Shown piece after piece: positions 11,248 through 21,066 of a DNA stretch of 64,000 nt (its first letter is position 1; each line of letters opens with the position of its first letter). A program made the translations under genes and the position numbers. Location of the stretch: the NCBI GenBank assembly GCA_963737905.1, contig CAVTUQ010000037.1, positions 189,164 to 253,163 of the forward strand, in the 5' to 3' direction. The notes beneath the pieces are model-generated. The model was not told the origin of the DNA. It ran no database searches and was given only the letters and a program-made list of their open reading frames with translations. Source of the stretch: an uncultured delta proteobacterium (GTDB lineage Bacteria; Desulfobacterota; Binatia; UBA9968).

Positions 11248-11497
11248 TCTCCACAGGCACCTGGTAGTAGTTTTTTAGCGTCTGCTTCGGGTTGGGCCGG
11301 AAGGGTTTCATTTTTCGCCTGCGATATTCGCCAACCGTAGATTTATCAACTTTAAAATACAGCTTCCCCTTGTGAAGGATGCCGAAGAAAGTCTCGTCCC
11401 GATAGAGCCCGTAGCCGCCGAACATCCGTCGCGCCTCGACGCCGTCCAGGTCCTGCAACTGATCCAAAACAAAATCCTTGAACGACTCATCCTTCAC
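11177..11497 (-). CDS. TfoX/Sxy N-terminal domain protein
   Basis: RRMFGGYGLY, LYFKVD and YYQVP motifs typical of TfoX_N. Confidence 0.88.
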   Translation of the reverse strand: MKDESFKDFVLDQLQDLDGVEARRMFGGYGLYRDETFFGILHKGKLYFKVDKSTVGEYRRRKMKPFRPNPKQTLKNYYQVPVEIIEDGDRLGAWAEAAIRCQRKKD

Positions 11498-11530
11498 TTA
11501 ACTGCTCCCAACCAGCCTAGTATAATGTCG

Positions 11531-11575
11531 GTGAAACAGTTTGAACGTTTTGAACGGCTTGAACGTTTGGAACCG
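11531..11575 (+). repeat. 9-mer tandem repeat x5 (consensus ~TTTGAACGN)
   Basis: GTGAAACAG TTTGAACGT TTTGAACGG CTTGAACGT TTGGAACCG. Confidence 0.75.
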
Positions 11576-11701
11576 TCTTATCATCCCACCGCCGGCGCCA
11601 CATAGCTCACCGGCGTAAACTGCATCGCTGTGAGAACCAAGATAAGATATAGGAGAGCGGCACAGCAAGACGGTCACGGGCAGATTTTAGAGTCGCTTGA
11701 C

Positions 11702-12185
11702 TCAGCGCGCTGTCGGTGCTTGGAACTGAATAGTATCTCCGACGCGAATGGAGCCGCCCCTGATGATCTCCGCCCTCAAACCACCCCGGTGAACTAACCC
11801 TCGCAGCGCCCCTTTGACGGTTAGTTTCTCCATATGGGCGCACGGCTCGCACAACCGCGTACCGCGGAGAACGACATCACCGATGCGAAATTCTTGTTCG
11901 ACGAGATGATTGAGCGCAATGCCCCGCGTCACAATATTGCGCCTCGACTCGCCCGGATCTAATTGAACCTCATACTCTCTCTTTAGACCCTCGATCGCTT
12001 CAATTTCTATTAGAGTCACGTCGCGGCCGGATCCAGGTTGATTAGAGTAAGTTCCAAGCTTGCTGTAATAGCGATCTCCCTCCAGCTCCTCTGCCGACTA
12101 TTACTTGCGCATCGGCAACCGACCTCATGGGCGCGGCCCCGGTGGGCGCAATATGGATCGCAATGACAGTACCTTGTCCCGCCAT
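11702..12185 (-). CDS. MOSC domain protein; one frameshift near 12085
   Basis: N-terminus MAGQGTVIAIHIAP...GRG(L)EGDRY is recovered across a 1-nt indel; RRNIVTRG, CEPC and RGGLRAEI motifs. Confidence 0.85.
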
Positions 12186-12188
12186 TTG

Positions 12189-13061
12189 TCAGCCCGCCTT
12201 CCTTTTTGCGATCAGGGCCGTAATCTCAGGCGTCTGCATCCCCTCTTTGAGAGCTGTAATCGTCCCTTTTTCGAGAATTTCCTGCGCTAGCTTTCTTGTG
12301 CCACCGATGGCGGCCTTAAGAAAGGCCGAACCATAGCTGACTCTGGCGACTCCTAGGTCCTGTAATTCGCTCACACTCGGAGCCTGCGGTCCAGCAAGGA
12401 TGCTAATCGGCGCTTTGACCTCCTTGGCAAGGCGGCCAATGATCTCGCTCGAATGGACGAACAAGTAGAAGATACAGTCCCCACCGGCTTCTGCGTAGGC
12501 GTTGCCACGCCGAATCGCTTCATCCAGCGCTTTTTTTGGATCGTCAGTCATGAGATGGAATGCATCCACTCTGGCATTGAGAAAAAACTCGCTGTCGAGC
12601 GCGCGCTTGGTTTCCATGACGGCCTTGATCTTCCGAAGCTGTTCTGACAATTCCACTAGACCGCGCGCTCCGCCCGGCTTGCCACCCGCCCCGTCTTCCA
12701 GATTCATTCCCGCTACGCCTGCCGCAATCAATCGGTGGACGGTTTCTTTGATCTCATTCTCATCACCGTAACCCCGTTCACCGTCCGCGTTTAGTGGAAC
12801 AGAAACCGCTGCGGCGAACTTGCCTGTGATTTCGACAAACTGGTCCCGACTCATGATCTCGCCGTCTGGATAGCCTAACACAGCGGCGATACCGCCGCTG
12901 GTACCCTGGATCGCTTTGAAACCCATCTGTTCGAATAAAAGGGCGCTCAGTACGTCATACGCTCCCGGCATGACAAGAATTTCCGGCGCGCGAACGAGCT
13001 CTCTAAGTCTCCGACTTTTAGCATTGGCCGCTGCTACGGTGGCAAGTTTGATCGACTCCAT
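12189..13061 (-). CDS. Isocitrate lyase/PEP mutase family protein
   Basis: PGAYDVLSA, GYPDG, DGERGYG, NLEDG, NARVD and RVSYG motifs; SD AGGAGA before ATG 13061. Confidence 0.88.
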   Translation of the reverse strand: MESIKLATVAAANAKSRRLRELVRAPEILVMPGAYDVLSALLFEQMGFKAIQGTSGGIAAVLGYPDGEIMSRDQFVEITGKFAAAVSVPLNADGERGYGDENEIKETVHRLIAAGVAGMNLEDGAGGKPGGARGLVELSEQLRKIKAVMETKRALDSEFFLNARVDAFHLMTDDPKKALDEAIRRGNAYAEAGGDCIFYLFVHSSEIIGRLAKEVKAPISILAGPQAPSVSELQDLGVARVSYGSAFLKAAIGGTRKLAQEILEKGTITALKEGMQTPEITALIAKRKAG

Positions 13062-13191
13062 CGGGTTCTCCTGATGGCAAAATGGGCTAATTTCGCTAAC
13101 GGCGTGTATCCTAAATCCGAAAAATGAGCGAAGCAAGCGTGAAAAAACGAGGGCCGAAACGGGTCGATGGGACTGACCAACAGTTTTTAGC

Positions 13192-14873
13192 TCATAGCGA
13201 GATAGAAAGAATCCCCGCGGTTTGGAGTGCCTGTGCTATAAGCGCGACGCCGAAGACAAGAATAAAAGCCGACGAAGTCAACGGCAGCCACCGGGTCGTT
13301 AGCGGGCTATTAGTTTCGAAACGTGACATAAACTCGCGCGCATAAACCATCAAAAGACCAATGGTAATCAGAACCACAGCTAATCCAACGCTGAATGCGA
13401 CGATCAAAAGCAACCCAAAGCCAATTCGCCCCATCGAAACGGCACTCAAGAGTACCACTAGCGCCGCCGGGCAAGGAACGATGCCGCCACTAATACCCAA
13501 CGTCAAAAGTTCCCGGTAAGACACTTGTCGGTCGCATCGTGATCTGATGAAGCTGGCCATGAATGCAATGGCGTGACACGTGATGATGATGGTGATGGTC
13601 GTGGTCATCGGGCCATGAGAATGTTTCTATGGTGTTGGTGATAATGATTCGAGAGCCCGTCCTTGCCTAGATACCTCCGCACCAAGAGGACCGCACCTAA
13701 TCCGGTGATCAGGACACCGGAAACCACGCCTAGCCAGGGATAAAGCCGCTCCGGCACGATGTACTGTGAAGCGTACAAGGTCACCCCGCCAAGCAAATAT
13801 ACTCCAGCCGTATGCGCCGCAGTTACAATCAATCCGAGCAAAAACGCATGCTGCAAGTTCCCACGCGAACCCACAAGATACGCAGCAACTAAAGTTTTCC
13901 CGTGACCAGGCTCCAGGGCATGAAACGCGCCAAGGCCTACAGCAACGCCAAGAGCGATTAAGATAATCCCAGATCCAATTCTCCGTTGCTATCAACTCCG
14001 TAAACGAATTCCGTGGCGTCGTCTGTTGATTAGCTTGTAACTGAACTGCGCTCATTTTCTTTTGTCCGGTCGTATCGGCATCGATAATGGCGGGTTTAGA
14101 TTATTCGCGTAGGAATGGATTGTTTTACCGGCTCCGACCTGCTGGAATCGTGTGAAATCCTGCACGCGTCTATCTGAAGCTTGTTAACCGGGATCGCTTT
14201 CTCTCGGGAGCCTCGAATCAACTCCGAGAGCTCGCCGTTGATGCGACGGCGCAGGCGCAACCGCAGTGCTGAATGTCACATTGGCTTCCAGGTCCTGCGG
14301 TGGGCTGTTCAACAGATCGGTGGGATAGTTATTAACTGGGAGCTGCGATCGAGATCAGGAACCGAGCTGTCCGATATTCTGGCTCCCGGACGCTGCAATC
14401 GCGATGATCTCTTTCCAGCCCGCCCGTCCAGGGAAATTGCCGTCACGATAGCTGAGTAGATAGTCGGCGGGGTTCGAGTCGCCTATGAGCTTCGCTTTGT
14501 ACAGAAAACCGACTTTCATTGTCGGCAGACCACCGGCCCCCGGCGGGAAAATGATCTCCCTGGATTCTGCTCGCAGATCGAGACGTTTACCGTTGACCTC
14601 AAGCGCCAAGCCATCGCGAAGCAGTTCGGCCTTGCGCTGAAGATAAGTGCTTAGACTCGAATCTCCTGTCTTCGGTACAATCCCATTTTCTTGAATCTCT
14701 TGAAACGTCGGGATCTCGGCCATATCGATCAGGTAGCGCAATTCAATTTCATTCCCGCCAATACGGAGCGCGCTATATTGGCTGATGCTAAAGTTGCCGA
14801 GCGGATGGGCCGAGCCGCTTTCGGTAAAGGCGAGCAGCATGAAGGCAAGCAAACCGACAATCAGGAAGCGCAT
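13192..14873 (-). CDS. RcnA/HoxN-like nickel/cobalt transporter with N-terminal exported domain; several frameshifts
   Basis: Signal peptide then HPLGNFS; membrane part has HALEPGHGKTLVAAYLVG, HTAGV, a His-rich loop (13575-13640) and GISGGIVPCPAALVVLL. Confidence 0.82.
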
Positions 14874-14877
14874 GACC

Positions 14878-16194
14878 TTACCTCCTGTCCAGTGGTTGCC
14901 GCAGAGCAGCCACTTGATCTTCGGAATTTTCTAACTCTACTAAGGTGCGCTTGGCGTTATCGGCGAAAAAAATATGAAAGTGTGGATTGATCGAGAGCGC
15001 CCGACGGAGATGCTCCTTGGCTTTTCCTTTCTCCCCGAGGCGGTGATAAATCATCCCGGCATGGTAGTGAAGCTTCGCGTCTTGGGTGCCTAATTTGAGC
15101 GCCTGTCTCACGGCCTCGCGTGCTTCCTCAAATTTGCCGTTCTTGAATAGGTTCCAGGCCAGGACATCATAGGCATAGATATCGCGCCGGTAGTTTAATT
15201 CCCGCTGCGCCAACTCCAGTCCTTGTTGCAGCTTGATGTCGTGATCGGCATAGAAATAGGCCAACTCCCGATTGTAGAGAGCCTTATTGAGCGCGCTCAG
15301 TTGCCCGATGTACTCCACTAACTCGTATTGCTTGCGTGCCTCGTTTGGATTTCCGATCTTGGCGTAGACATCGCCTAGCGCAGCGACATATTCAGGCATC
15401 GGCACGGTGTTGATCGCTTCTCGATAAAGCTGAATAGCTTCCGGGAAACGCTCCCGCGCCGATCGCACCTGTGCCAGCCCAGCTAGAGAACGATAATATC
15501 CGGGGTAGGTCTCCAGCGCTTGCACGTATTCACTTTCGGCTTGAGCCAATTTGCCGATGGCATAATATTCCGCAGCAAGCTGCCACTGTGCCCAGGCAAT
15601 ACTTTCCTTCGGCTGGTTTTCTTGTTTGCCTAGTTGAATCGCCGTCTTCAAATCAGAGATCGCTCCAGGGGTGTCGCCCTTCAAGCTTTTTATGCCCGAT
15701 AGCCGGCTGTACGACGAGAGACTTTCCTTTAGAGTCATCATCCTCTTGTAGGTTTCTTCCGCTTGCTCATATTTGCCGGTTTCGAGATACGCATCGCCGA
15801 GAACGCCATGAGCATCCATGTCGGTTGGGTCCAGCGTGATCGCCTCTCGGGCTTGGGCTGCGGCAGCCTCAAAATCGTGACGCGAAGCCAATACATGAGC
15901 CAAATGGCGCCGAACACCGCTTAGCTGGGGATTGAGGCTTAAAGACTTTCTCAACGCCTGCTCCGCGAGATCGAGGTAACTGTTATCGCCGCTTTCTCGG
16001 GATTTTTGGAGATAGGCGTCTCCCAGTTGGTAATACGCAATCGGATTATTCGGATTGCGACGAATTTTGAATTGTGATTGAGCAATCGCCCGGTCAGAGG
16101 CCGAAGAGGCGGACCAGGCAAGTTGGGGTGACAGCGAGACGATCAAGAGAAAGAGAAATAGAGTTGGCGTGCTATATTTTGGTCGTTTTTCCAT
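14878..16194 (-). CDS. Exported tetratricopeptide-repeat protein
   Basis: Signal peptide and many TPR helices (AYYQLGDAYL, HGVLGDAYLETGKYEQA, YHAGMIY); SD before ATG 16194. Confidence 0.88.
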   Translation of the reverse strand: MEKRPKYSTPTLFLFLLIVSLSPQLAWSASSASDRAIAQSQFKIRRNPNNPIAYYQLGDAYLQKSRESGDNSYLDLAEQALRKSLSLNPQLSGVRRHLAHVLASRHDFEAAAAQAREAITLDPTDMDAHGVLGDAYLETGKYEQAEETYKRMMTLKESLSSYSRLSGIKSLKGDTPGAISDLKTAIQLGKQENQPKESIAWAQWQLAAEYYAIGKLAQAESEYVQALETYPGYYRSLAGLAQVRSARERFPEAIQLYREAINTVPMPEYVAALGDVYAKIGNPNEARKQYELVEYIGQLSALNKALYNRELAYFYADHDIKLQQGLELAQRELNYRRDIYAYDVLAWNLFKNGKFEEAREAVRQALKLGTQDAKLHYHAGMIYHRLGEKGKAKEHLRRALSINPHFHIFFADNAKRTLVELENSEDQVAALRQPLDRR

Positions 16195-16259
16195 ATCCCC
16201 TCCCGAGCGGTGAAGGGGCAGCCCCGTCGAATCGGTGAGGCCACCCCCTCGCATTAATT

Positions 16260-17891
16260 TTAGTCCACCGGACAGTCCGTTGCCGCAAAAGGAACGATTG
16301 GTTGGGCGCAGCCGGAAGTGCTGGGACTTTGATGCCGGCTATTGCGGCCACTGTTAGCAAAAGCCACGTAAGGGAACGTTTCCTGATAGGACCTATCGTT
16401 GCTATTCACGCCATCGCCGATCCGGTTGTTGGGAAAGCCGTCGAAAGGGGGGCCGGCTAAAACGCCGACCACGGCTCGCGCCGATATATCGGTCACATCA
16501 TCGGACACACGACGTCCATTGGGATATCCGGCGAGGTCTCCGACTAGTACTCCCAAGCGTTTCCGCTGGTCCTGGGGCGTGGGACCTATGCCTGTGTTCA
16601 GACGCAGCAAATCGGCGATCGGGCCGGATTGCAGACCGGAGCATCCGGGGCAAAGCACGGTCGTATATTGCACCAACGGCGCCAAATCTAGCCGTGGCGG
16701 AGAAGGGATCGGTACGGCTCCGCCGTAGGCCGCATTGATAACCCGTGCCAGAAGTGGATCTAACAAATAGTTGCTGAACTGCGCGTCATCTTCGGGCTCA
16801 CTCATGCTGAATTTGTCTTTGTCGCCAGTGCCGATGATCAACTCGTTGATCAGCGCATTTCCCATCCGCTGAATCTGCACGACGTTCGCCGACAGGACTG
16901 ACTTTCCACCGGGCGTTCCGGGCAAGGCCTTAACTCGCGGGCGCGATGTGGTACCGTAGGTGCCGATCAAAGCCATGGGATCGTTCACAGGATGGATCGC
17001 GCCATCTTTTGTGAGCATCGCGATCGGCACCTCGATGGCAATCGAGTTGACATTGAAGCCTGCCACGGCATCCGGGGCGAAGTTCTTGTTGTCGGCCAAG
17101 TCCTGATCATCCGTCAGTACTCCCGGAACCCCGGTCCCAAACGCACTCGGACGGAAATTGAGCGTATCAAAGGCGGCGCCGAGATCGATATAAAATGGAT
17201 CATCCACTGTGCCAGCAAAAACTCTAACGCCATTACCAAGGTCGTAGATGCCCTGGCGGGCCACGTAGTCGTAGTTCGGCATCGTCCTAGGACCGACATT
17301 TGAGGGAACGGCGATTAATTTTCTACCAGTGCTCAAATCGGTCGACCGCCAACGGTTGCCGACCTTTTTCAGCAGCGCGACAGTATAAGTCTGGCGCAGA
17401 CTCAAGCCTTCCGATCCTGGTCCGTCCAATGCCGTGATGGCCGGGGGAATCAGCGGAGTCCCGGGCGGCAGCGGGGATGGCGAGTTTACCGGTGTAGAAA
17501 CGCCATCGCCGACGCCGACAAACCCGGTGAAAACGTCAGGCAGTCGTACCTCCGTTTTGAAGCGGAACTGAATCTTGACATCTTCTTTGGCGTCTTGATT
17601 GTTATCGATTTTCATTTCGTAGAGAATTTCCGGGTCAAACGGAAAATAATTGGGCCCGTTGGCCGGCTCCAATAAAGGATCGACGTTCAAAATCATCGTT
17701 ACCTTGGTTGGGTCGTCATAGCTGACAAAGGCAAACCAATCGGTGATATCCGCTTTGTTGTCCAAAGCGGTAATCGGTGCCTCTCGATGGTTTGCCGCCC
17801 GAGCAACCGGCACTGTTGTCACAACGGTCATCAGGGCGGTCAGAAAAGTGGCGACACATTGATAGAATGAATTTCTCCGCAAACGTTTCAT
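16260..17891 (-). CDS. DUF4331 family exported protein
   Basis: Signal peptide then NHREAP, ADITDWFAF, FAGTVDDPFYID, RMGNALINE, GYPNGRRVSDDVTD and FPYV, the DUF4331 signature set. Confidence 0.9.
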   Translation of the reverse strand: MKRLRRNSFYQCVATFLTALMTVVTTVPVARAANHREAPITALDNKADITDWFAFVSYDDPTKVTMILNVDPLLEPANGPNYFPFDPEILYEMKIDNNQDAKEDVKIQFRFKTEVRLPDVFTGFVGVGDGVSTPVNSPSPLPPGTPLIPPAITALDGPGSEGLSLRQTYTVALLKKVGNRWRSTDLSTGRKLIAVPSNVGPRTMPNYDYVARQGIYDLGNGVRVFAGTVDDPFYIDLGAAFDTLNFRPSAFGTGVPGVLTDDQDLADNKNFAPDAVAGFNVNSIAIEVPIAMLTKDGAIHPVNDPMALIGTYGTTSRPRVKALPGTPGGKSVLSANVVQIQRMGNALINELIIGTGDKDKFSMSEPEDDAQFSNYLLDPLLARVINAAYGGAVPIPSPPRLDLAPLVQYTTVLCPGCSGLQSGPIADLLRLNTGIGPTPQDQRKRLGVLVGDLAGYPNGRRVSDDVTDISARAVVGVLAGPPFDGFPNNRIGDGVNSNDRSYQETFPYVAFANSGRNSRHQSPSTSGCAQPIVPFAATDCPVD

Positions 17892-17975
17892 GACTGATTT
17901 TCCTTTCTGTCTGTTTGTGTACCGATGCAGCCCACCAGGGCTGGTCACTCCAACCCTGGTGGAGTTCCGCGTCTA

Positions 17976-18626
17976 TTACCGGCTCGCAAAACGCTCGGGA
18001 AATTGTTTGACGATCGCGGCCGCGAGCGGGTCGGCGATCATCCCCATGTGGCCGGCGGCAGTGCGAATCGCCGTATAGCTCTTGTTCATATCGCCGGCCG
18101 CTTGGGCGTCGATCACGTCCTTGAGTGTCAAAACGTGATCCTTCACCAAGCCGGCGACGACATCCTTCGGAAGATTCGGATTCGCCGAGGCGAGGAATGC
18201 GCCAAAATCTTGCGTGTACTGGACCAAATCGTTGACCGCCTTGCTTTTCTTAGCATCGTCTTTGGTGGCAACACCGACCGTATAGTCCACGACAAAGCCG
18301 ATATGCTTGCGCCACAAAGGTAGGAACGCTTGTTCCGCGCCTTGGCCGTAGACCAAGCCGATGGCTTTGGAGATGTCGACGGAGTTGGCATCAAGCGACC
18401 CAGCGGCAGCTTTAAACTCGCCGTCACGGCCAGCCAGGGCTGCACCCGTAGCTGCTGCTGCCAGGAAGACATGCTCTCGGAACAACGAATTCAGACCGGT
18501 TCTCAGATCTGAACTCATCGCTCCGTGATGGTTCAGCTCCGCTGACTTCACATTCGCCGTGTAGCCAACGCCCAAGAGCGCCACCACTACGGCAGTCCCT
18601 ACGAATTTTCTTAAATTACTATTCAT
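17976..18626 (-). CDS. Exported helical-bundle His-rich protein (family often annotated 'copper amine oxidase-like')
   Basis: Signal peptide; helical protein with spaced His (REHV, WRKHI, KDHV, GHM); strong SD AGGAGG. Confidence 0.7.
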   Translation of the reverse strand: MNSNLRKFVGTAVVVALLGVGYTANVKSAELNHHGAMSSDLRTGLNSLFREHVFLAAAATGAALAGRDGEFKAAAGSLDANSVDISKAIGLVYGQGAEQAFLPLWRKHIGFVVDYTVGVATKDDAKKSKAVNDLVQYTQDFGAFLASANPNLPKDVVAGLVKDHVLTLKDVIDAQAAGDMNKSYTAIRTAAGHMGMIADPLAAAIVKQFPERFASR

Positions 18627-18677
18627 TTTCTCCTCCTATTGGATTTGTTAATCGGTCGCCGTCATTTTCTGATAACG

Positions 18678-19091
18678 TTACTTGACAAGGATTCGGCCAC
18701 GCATGGATTGGTGGCGTTCGCAAAAGTATTCGTACTCACCCGGGTGATCGAAAGTGAAGCTGGCCGTGGTACTTTTGCCGGAAAGGCTGAGACTCACTGA
18801 CCCATTCCGGTTTTCCGGTGTACCCAAGGTGACGGTGTGCTGGATGTCGTCTTCATTGACCCAGGTTACCGTCGTGCCGGCTTTAACCTCCAATTGTGCA
18901 GGCTGGTACTGGAAGAGTTGAATCGTAACCGCAGATCCCGACTGGAAACGTGGGCCCACACTTTCACCGCTCTCAGCACTGGCTGCTTGAGTCTGAAGAA
19001 TGTCGTCACATTCATCGTGTGCAAGCAGCGGTGAACTCCCCGCCAAGATTGCCGCGGTTAAGACTGCGGAACTCCGCCAATACCTCTTCAT
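18678..19091 (-). CDS. Plastocyanin/azurin-type cupredoxin
   Basis: Signal peptide; type-1 Cu ligands H (QHTV) and C-x2-H-x2-M (YFCERHQSMRG). Confidence 0.9.
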   Translation of the reverse strand: MKRYWRSSAVLTAAILAGSSPLLAHDECDDILQTQAASAESGESVGPRFQSGSAVTIQLFQYQPAQLEVKAGTTVTWVNEDDIQHTVTLGTPENRNGSVSLSLSGKSTTASFTFDHPGEYEYFCERHQSMRGRILVK

Positions 19092-19151
19092 GAAACCTCT
19101 CCTTGCCTGTCGGTTGTCCGTCAAACTGACCTTGACCTCTCATGTTTTCTC

Positions 19152-19177
19152 TACGCGTCTGTCTGGCGATTCGGATT
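19152..19177 (-). promoter_or_regulatory. ECF sigma promoter AATCC-N17-CGTA for the cupredoxin/DUF4331 operon
   Basis: Minus strand reads AATCC gaatcgccagacagacg CGTA, about 60 nt upstream of the cupredoxin ATG. Confidence 0.75.
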
Positions 19178-19222
19178 GCCGAAAAGAAAATTTTGTCGAT
19201 TAAAAAAATTCTTATAAGAGTA

Positions 19223-19248
19223 AATCCAAACCCATCGGCGCGATCGTA
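19223..19248 (+). promoter_or_regulatory. ECF sigma promoter AATCC-N17-CGTA (autoregulatory)
   Basis: AATCC aaacccatcggcgcgat CGTA upstream of the sigma gene; same boxes and spacer as the divergent copy. Confidence 0.75.
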
Positions 19249-19435
19249 TTAAGTCTGGGATGTGTTTGCGCAACGGGAATCGATTGGCCTAGAATGCCTC
19301 GCGACAAGGGAGAGGCCGTGACTCACGAAGCAGGGGTAGATCTGCCGTACCTACCCCGAAACGCAAGCTGAGGAAATGTTTCTTGTGCTGATCATGACCT
19401 CGACGCGAGGCGACATACGTGCATAGGTACTGTCA

Positions 19436-19996
19436 GTGACTGCCGATCCAACCATCGCCGTCCGTCTTATCCAGCAGGTCGCGAATCAGGACCGCGACGC
19501 CTTCAGCCAGCTTTACGATCGATTCTCGACCCTGGTCTTTACCATAGCCATGCGGATCCTGAAGGCTCGTTCAGACGCCGAGGATTTACTCCAAGAGGTT
19601 TTCGTCCAAATTTGGCGGCAAGCGCAGAACTACAAGGCCGAGCGGGGCAGTCCGGAAGCATGGATTGTTAATATTGCGCGCAGCCGGGCAATCGACAAAA
19701 TACGTTCTATACGTAGAATGGAAAAGAGCTTCGTCCTCACCGACGATCCAGCGCGCGCGGAATCGAGCGACAACGTAGAATCATCAGCGGCGGAGTCGGA
19801 GACCCGGTTGACGATGAGCAACGCTTTGGCAGACTTGCCCGAGGCCCAGCGCAAAGTGCTGGAGCTGGCCTATTTTGCCGGCCTGACCCAGACCGAAATT
19901 GCCGAACGCTTGGCAGAGCCTTTGGGCACAGTCAAGACCAGGATGCGCTCCGGGATTCAGCGTCTCCGCGAGATACTCGGAACACAGGCGACGTAA
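19436..19996 (+). CDS. ECF RNA polymerase sigma factor (SigK-like)
   Basis: Region 2 AEDLLQEVFVQIW and region 4 LAYFAGLTQTEIAERLAEPLGTVKTR. Confidence 0.93.
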   Translation: MTADPTIAVRLIQQVANQDRDAFSQLYDRFSTLVFTIAMRILKARSDAEDLLQEVFVQIWRQAQNYKAERGSPEAWIVNIARSRAIDKIRSIRRMEKSFVLTDDPARAESSDNVESSAAESETRLTMSNALADLPEAQRKVLELAYFAGLTQTEIAERLAEPLGTVKTRMRSGIQRLREILGTQAT

Positions 19997-20769
19997 TGAG
20001 TAACGAACACGAACATTGGCAAGAGCATAGTGAAATCTATGCCCTCGGCGCACTCGATGGGCAGGAGCTGAAAGAATTTGAAGCTCATCTGGCCTCCGGC
20101 TGCGCCATCTGCGAAGCCTACGTCCGGGAGACGCGCGAGACGCTGGCCGTGCTTCACAGGTCCCTACGTCCGGAGGTGCCGCCGCTAGCCATTAAGGCGC
20201 GCGTTCTGGAGCAGATCGCGCCCCAGGCGATTGCGCGACCGAGACAGGAAAAAGCTCCACGGTTCAATTGGAATTGGTGGGGTTTAGGTATCGGTGCCGT
20301 TGCGACTGCGGCAGTCGCCTTGGTTTTGACTTCCAACCTGACACGCACCCAAACCGAGCTTGAAAAGGCTAAAGCGCAACTCGCCGCCGCGCAAATCGAA
20401 TCGGCGCAAAAAGACGAGCTGCTTCAATTGCTCTCTTCCCAAGACGTCCGACTGATTGAGCTCAAAGGTCTCGAAGCGGCGCCGGCAGCCAGAGCTAAAC
20501 TATTCTGGAACCCCGGCGCACGCAGTGGAATCTTGCTTACCAATGGACTCCCCAAGACGTCAACCGACAAAGCCTACGAACTATGGGGAATCGTGGGCAA
20601 GGAACCGGTTCCCGCGGGAGTTTTCCGCGTCGACGATCAGGGCCAGGCAAGATTTCGTATGCCGGTCCTCGCCCAAGGAAAACAATTCGACAAATTCGCC
20701 GTAACTGTCGAACCTGCGGCCGGCGGGGAAAAACCTTCCGGCCCGATGGTTTTGTTAGGAAGCCTCTAA
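19996..20769 (+). CDS. Anti-sigma factor, zinc-binding N-terminus + TM + RskA domain
   Basis: YALGAL...HLASGCAIC, a TM helix, and C-terminal YELW...FAVTVEPAAGGEKPSG; coupled to the sigma gene. Confidence 0.9.
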   Translation: MSNEHEHWQEHSEIYALGALDGQELKEFEAHLASGCAICEAYVRETRETLAVLHRSLRPEVPPLAIKARVLEQIAPQAIARPRQEKAPRFNWNWWGLGIGAVATAAVALVLTSNLTRTQTELEKAKAQLAAAQIESAQKDELLQLLSSQDVRLIELKGLEAAPAARAKLFWNPGARSGILLTNGLPKTSTDKAYELWGIVGKEPVPAGVFRVDDQGQARFRMPVLAQGKQFDKFAVTVEPAAGGEKPSGPMVLLGSL

Positions 20770-20835
20770 GCCGTCCATCGAATCTTCTCAGCAACTGATA
20801 AATCGCCTCCCCCCAAGGCTCATTGGCGAATGAGC

Positions 20836-20875
20836 ATTATCTGGACCAGACCGCTGATGAAATCCTTGCAGTCTT
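20836..20875 (+). mobile_element. Possible IS630-family transposase C-terminal remnant
   Basis: Reads I-I-W-T-(K)-T-A-D-E-I-L-A with one indel, resembling the WTKTADEIL tail of IS630 transposases; very short. Confidence 0.3.
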
Positions 20876-21066
20876 CTCATGGACGCGCGTGCGCAAAAAT
20901 CTACGGGAATGTTGCCTTAGCGAATCCGATAGCTATACTCGGGGTGGATTTTAACGTGCATTTAATTCACTTTGAGTTCTCTCTTAGGTCTTTGGGCCAA
21001 GAAAAATCAAACGATACACAAGGCACGAGACAAAATGGGAACACAGTGTTCCAGCTCCAATAGATT

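Noticed and set aside
11531-11575. Short repeat arrays as CRISPR
   Set aside because: Units are 7-9 nt with no unique spacers, and there are no cas genes.
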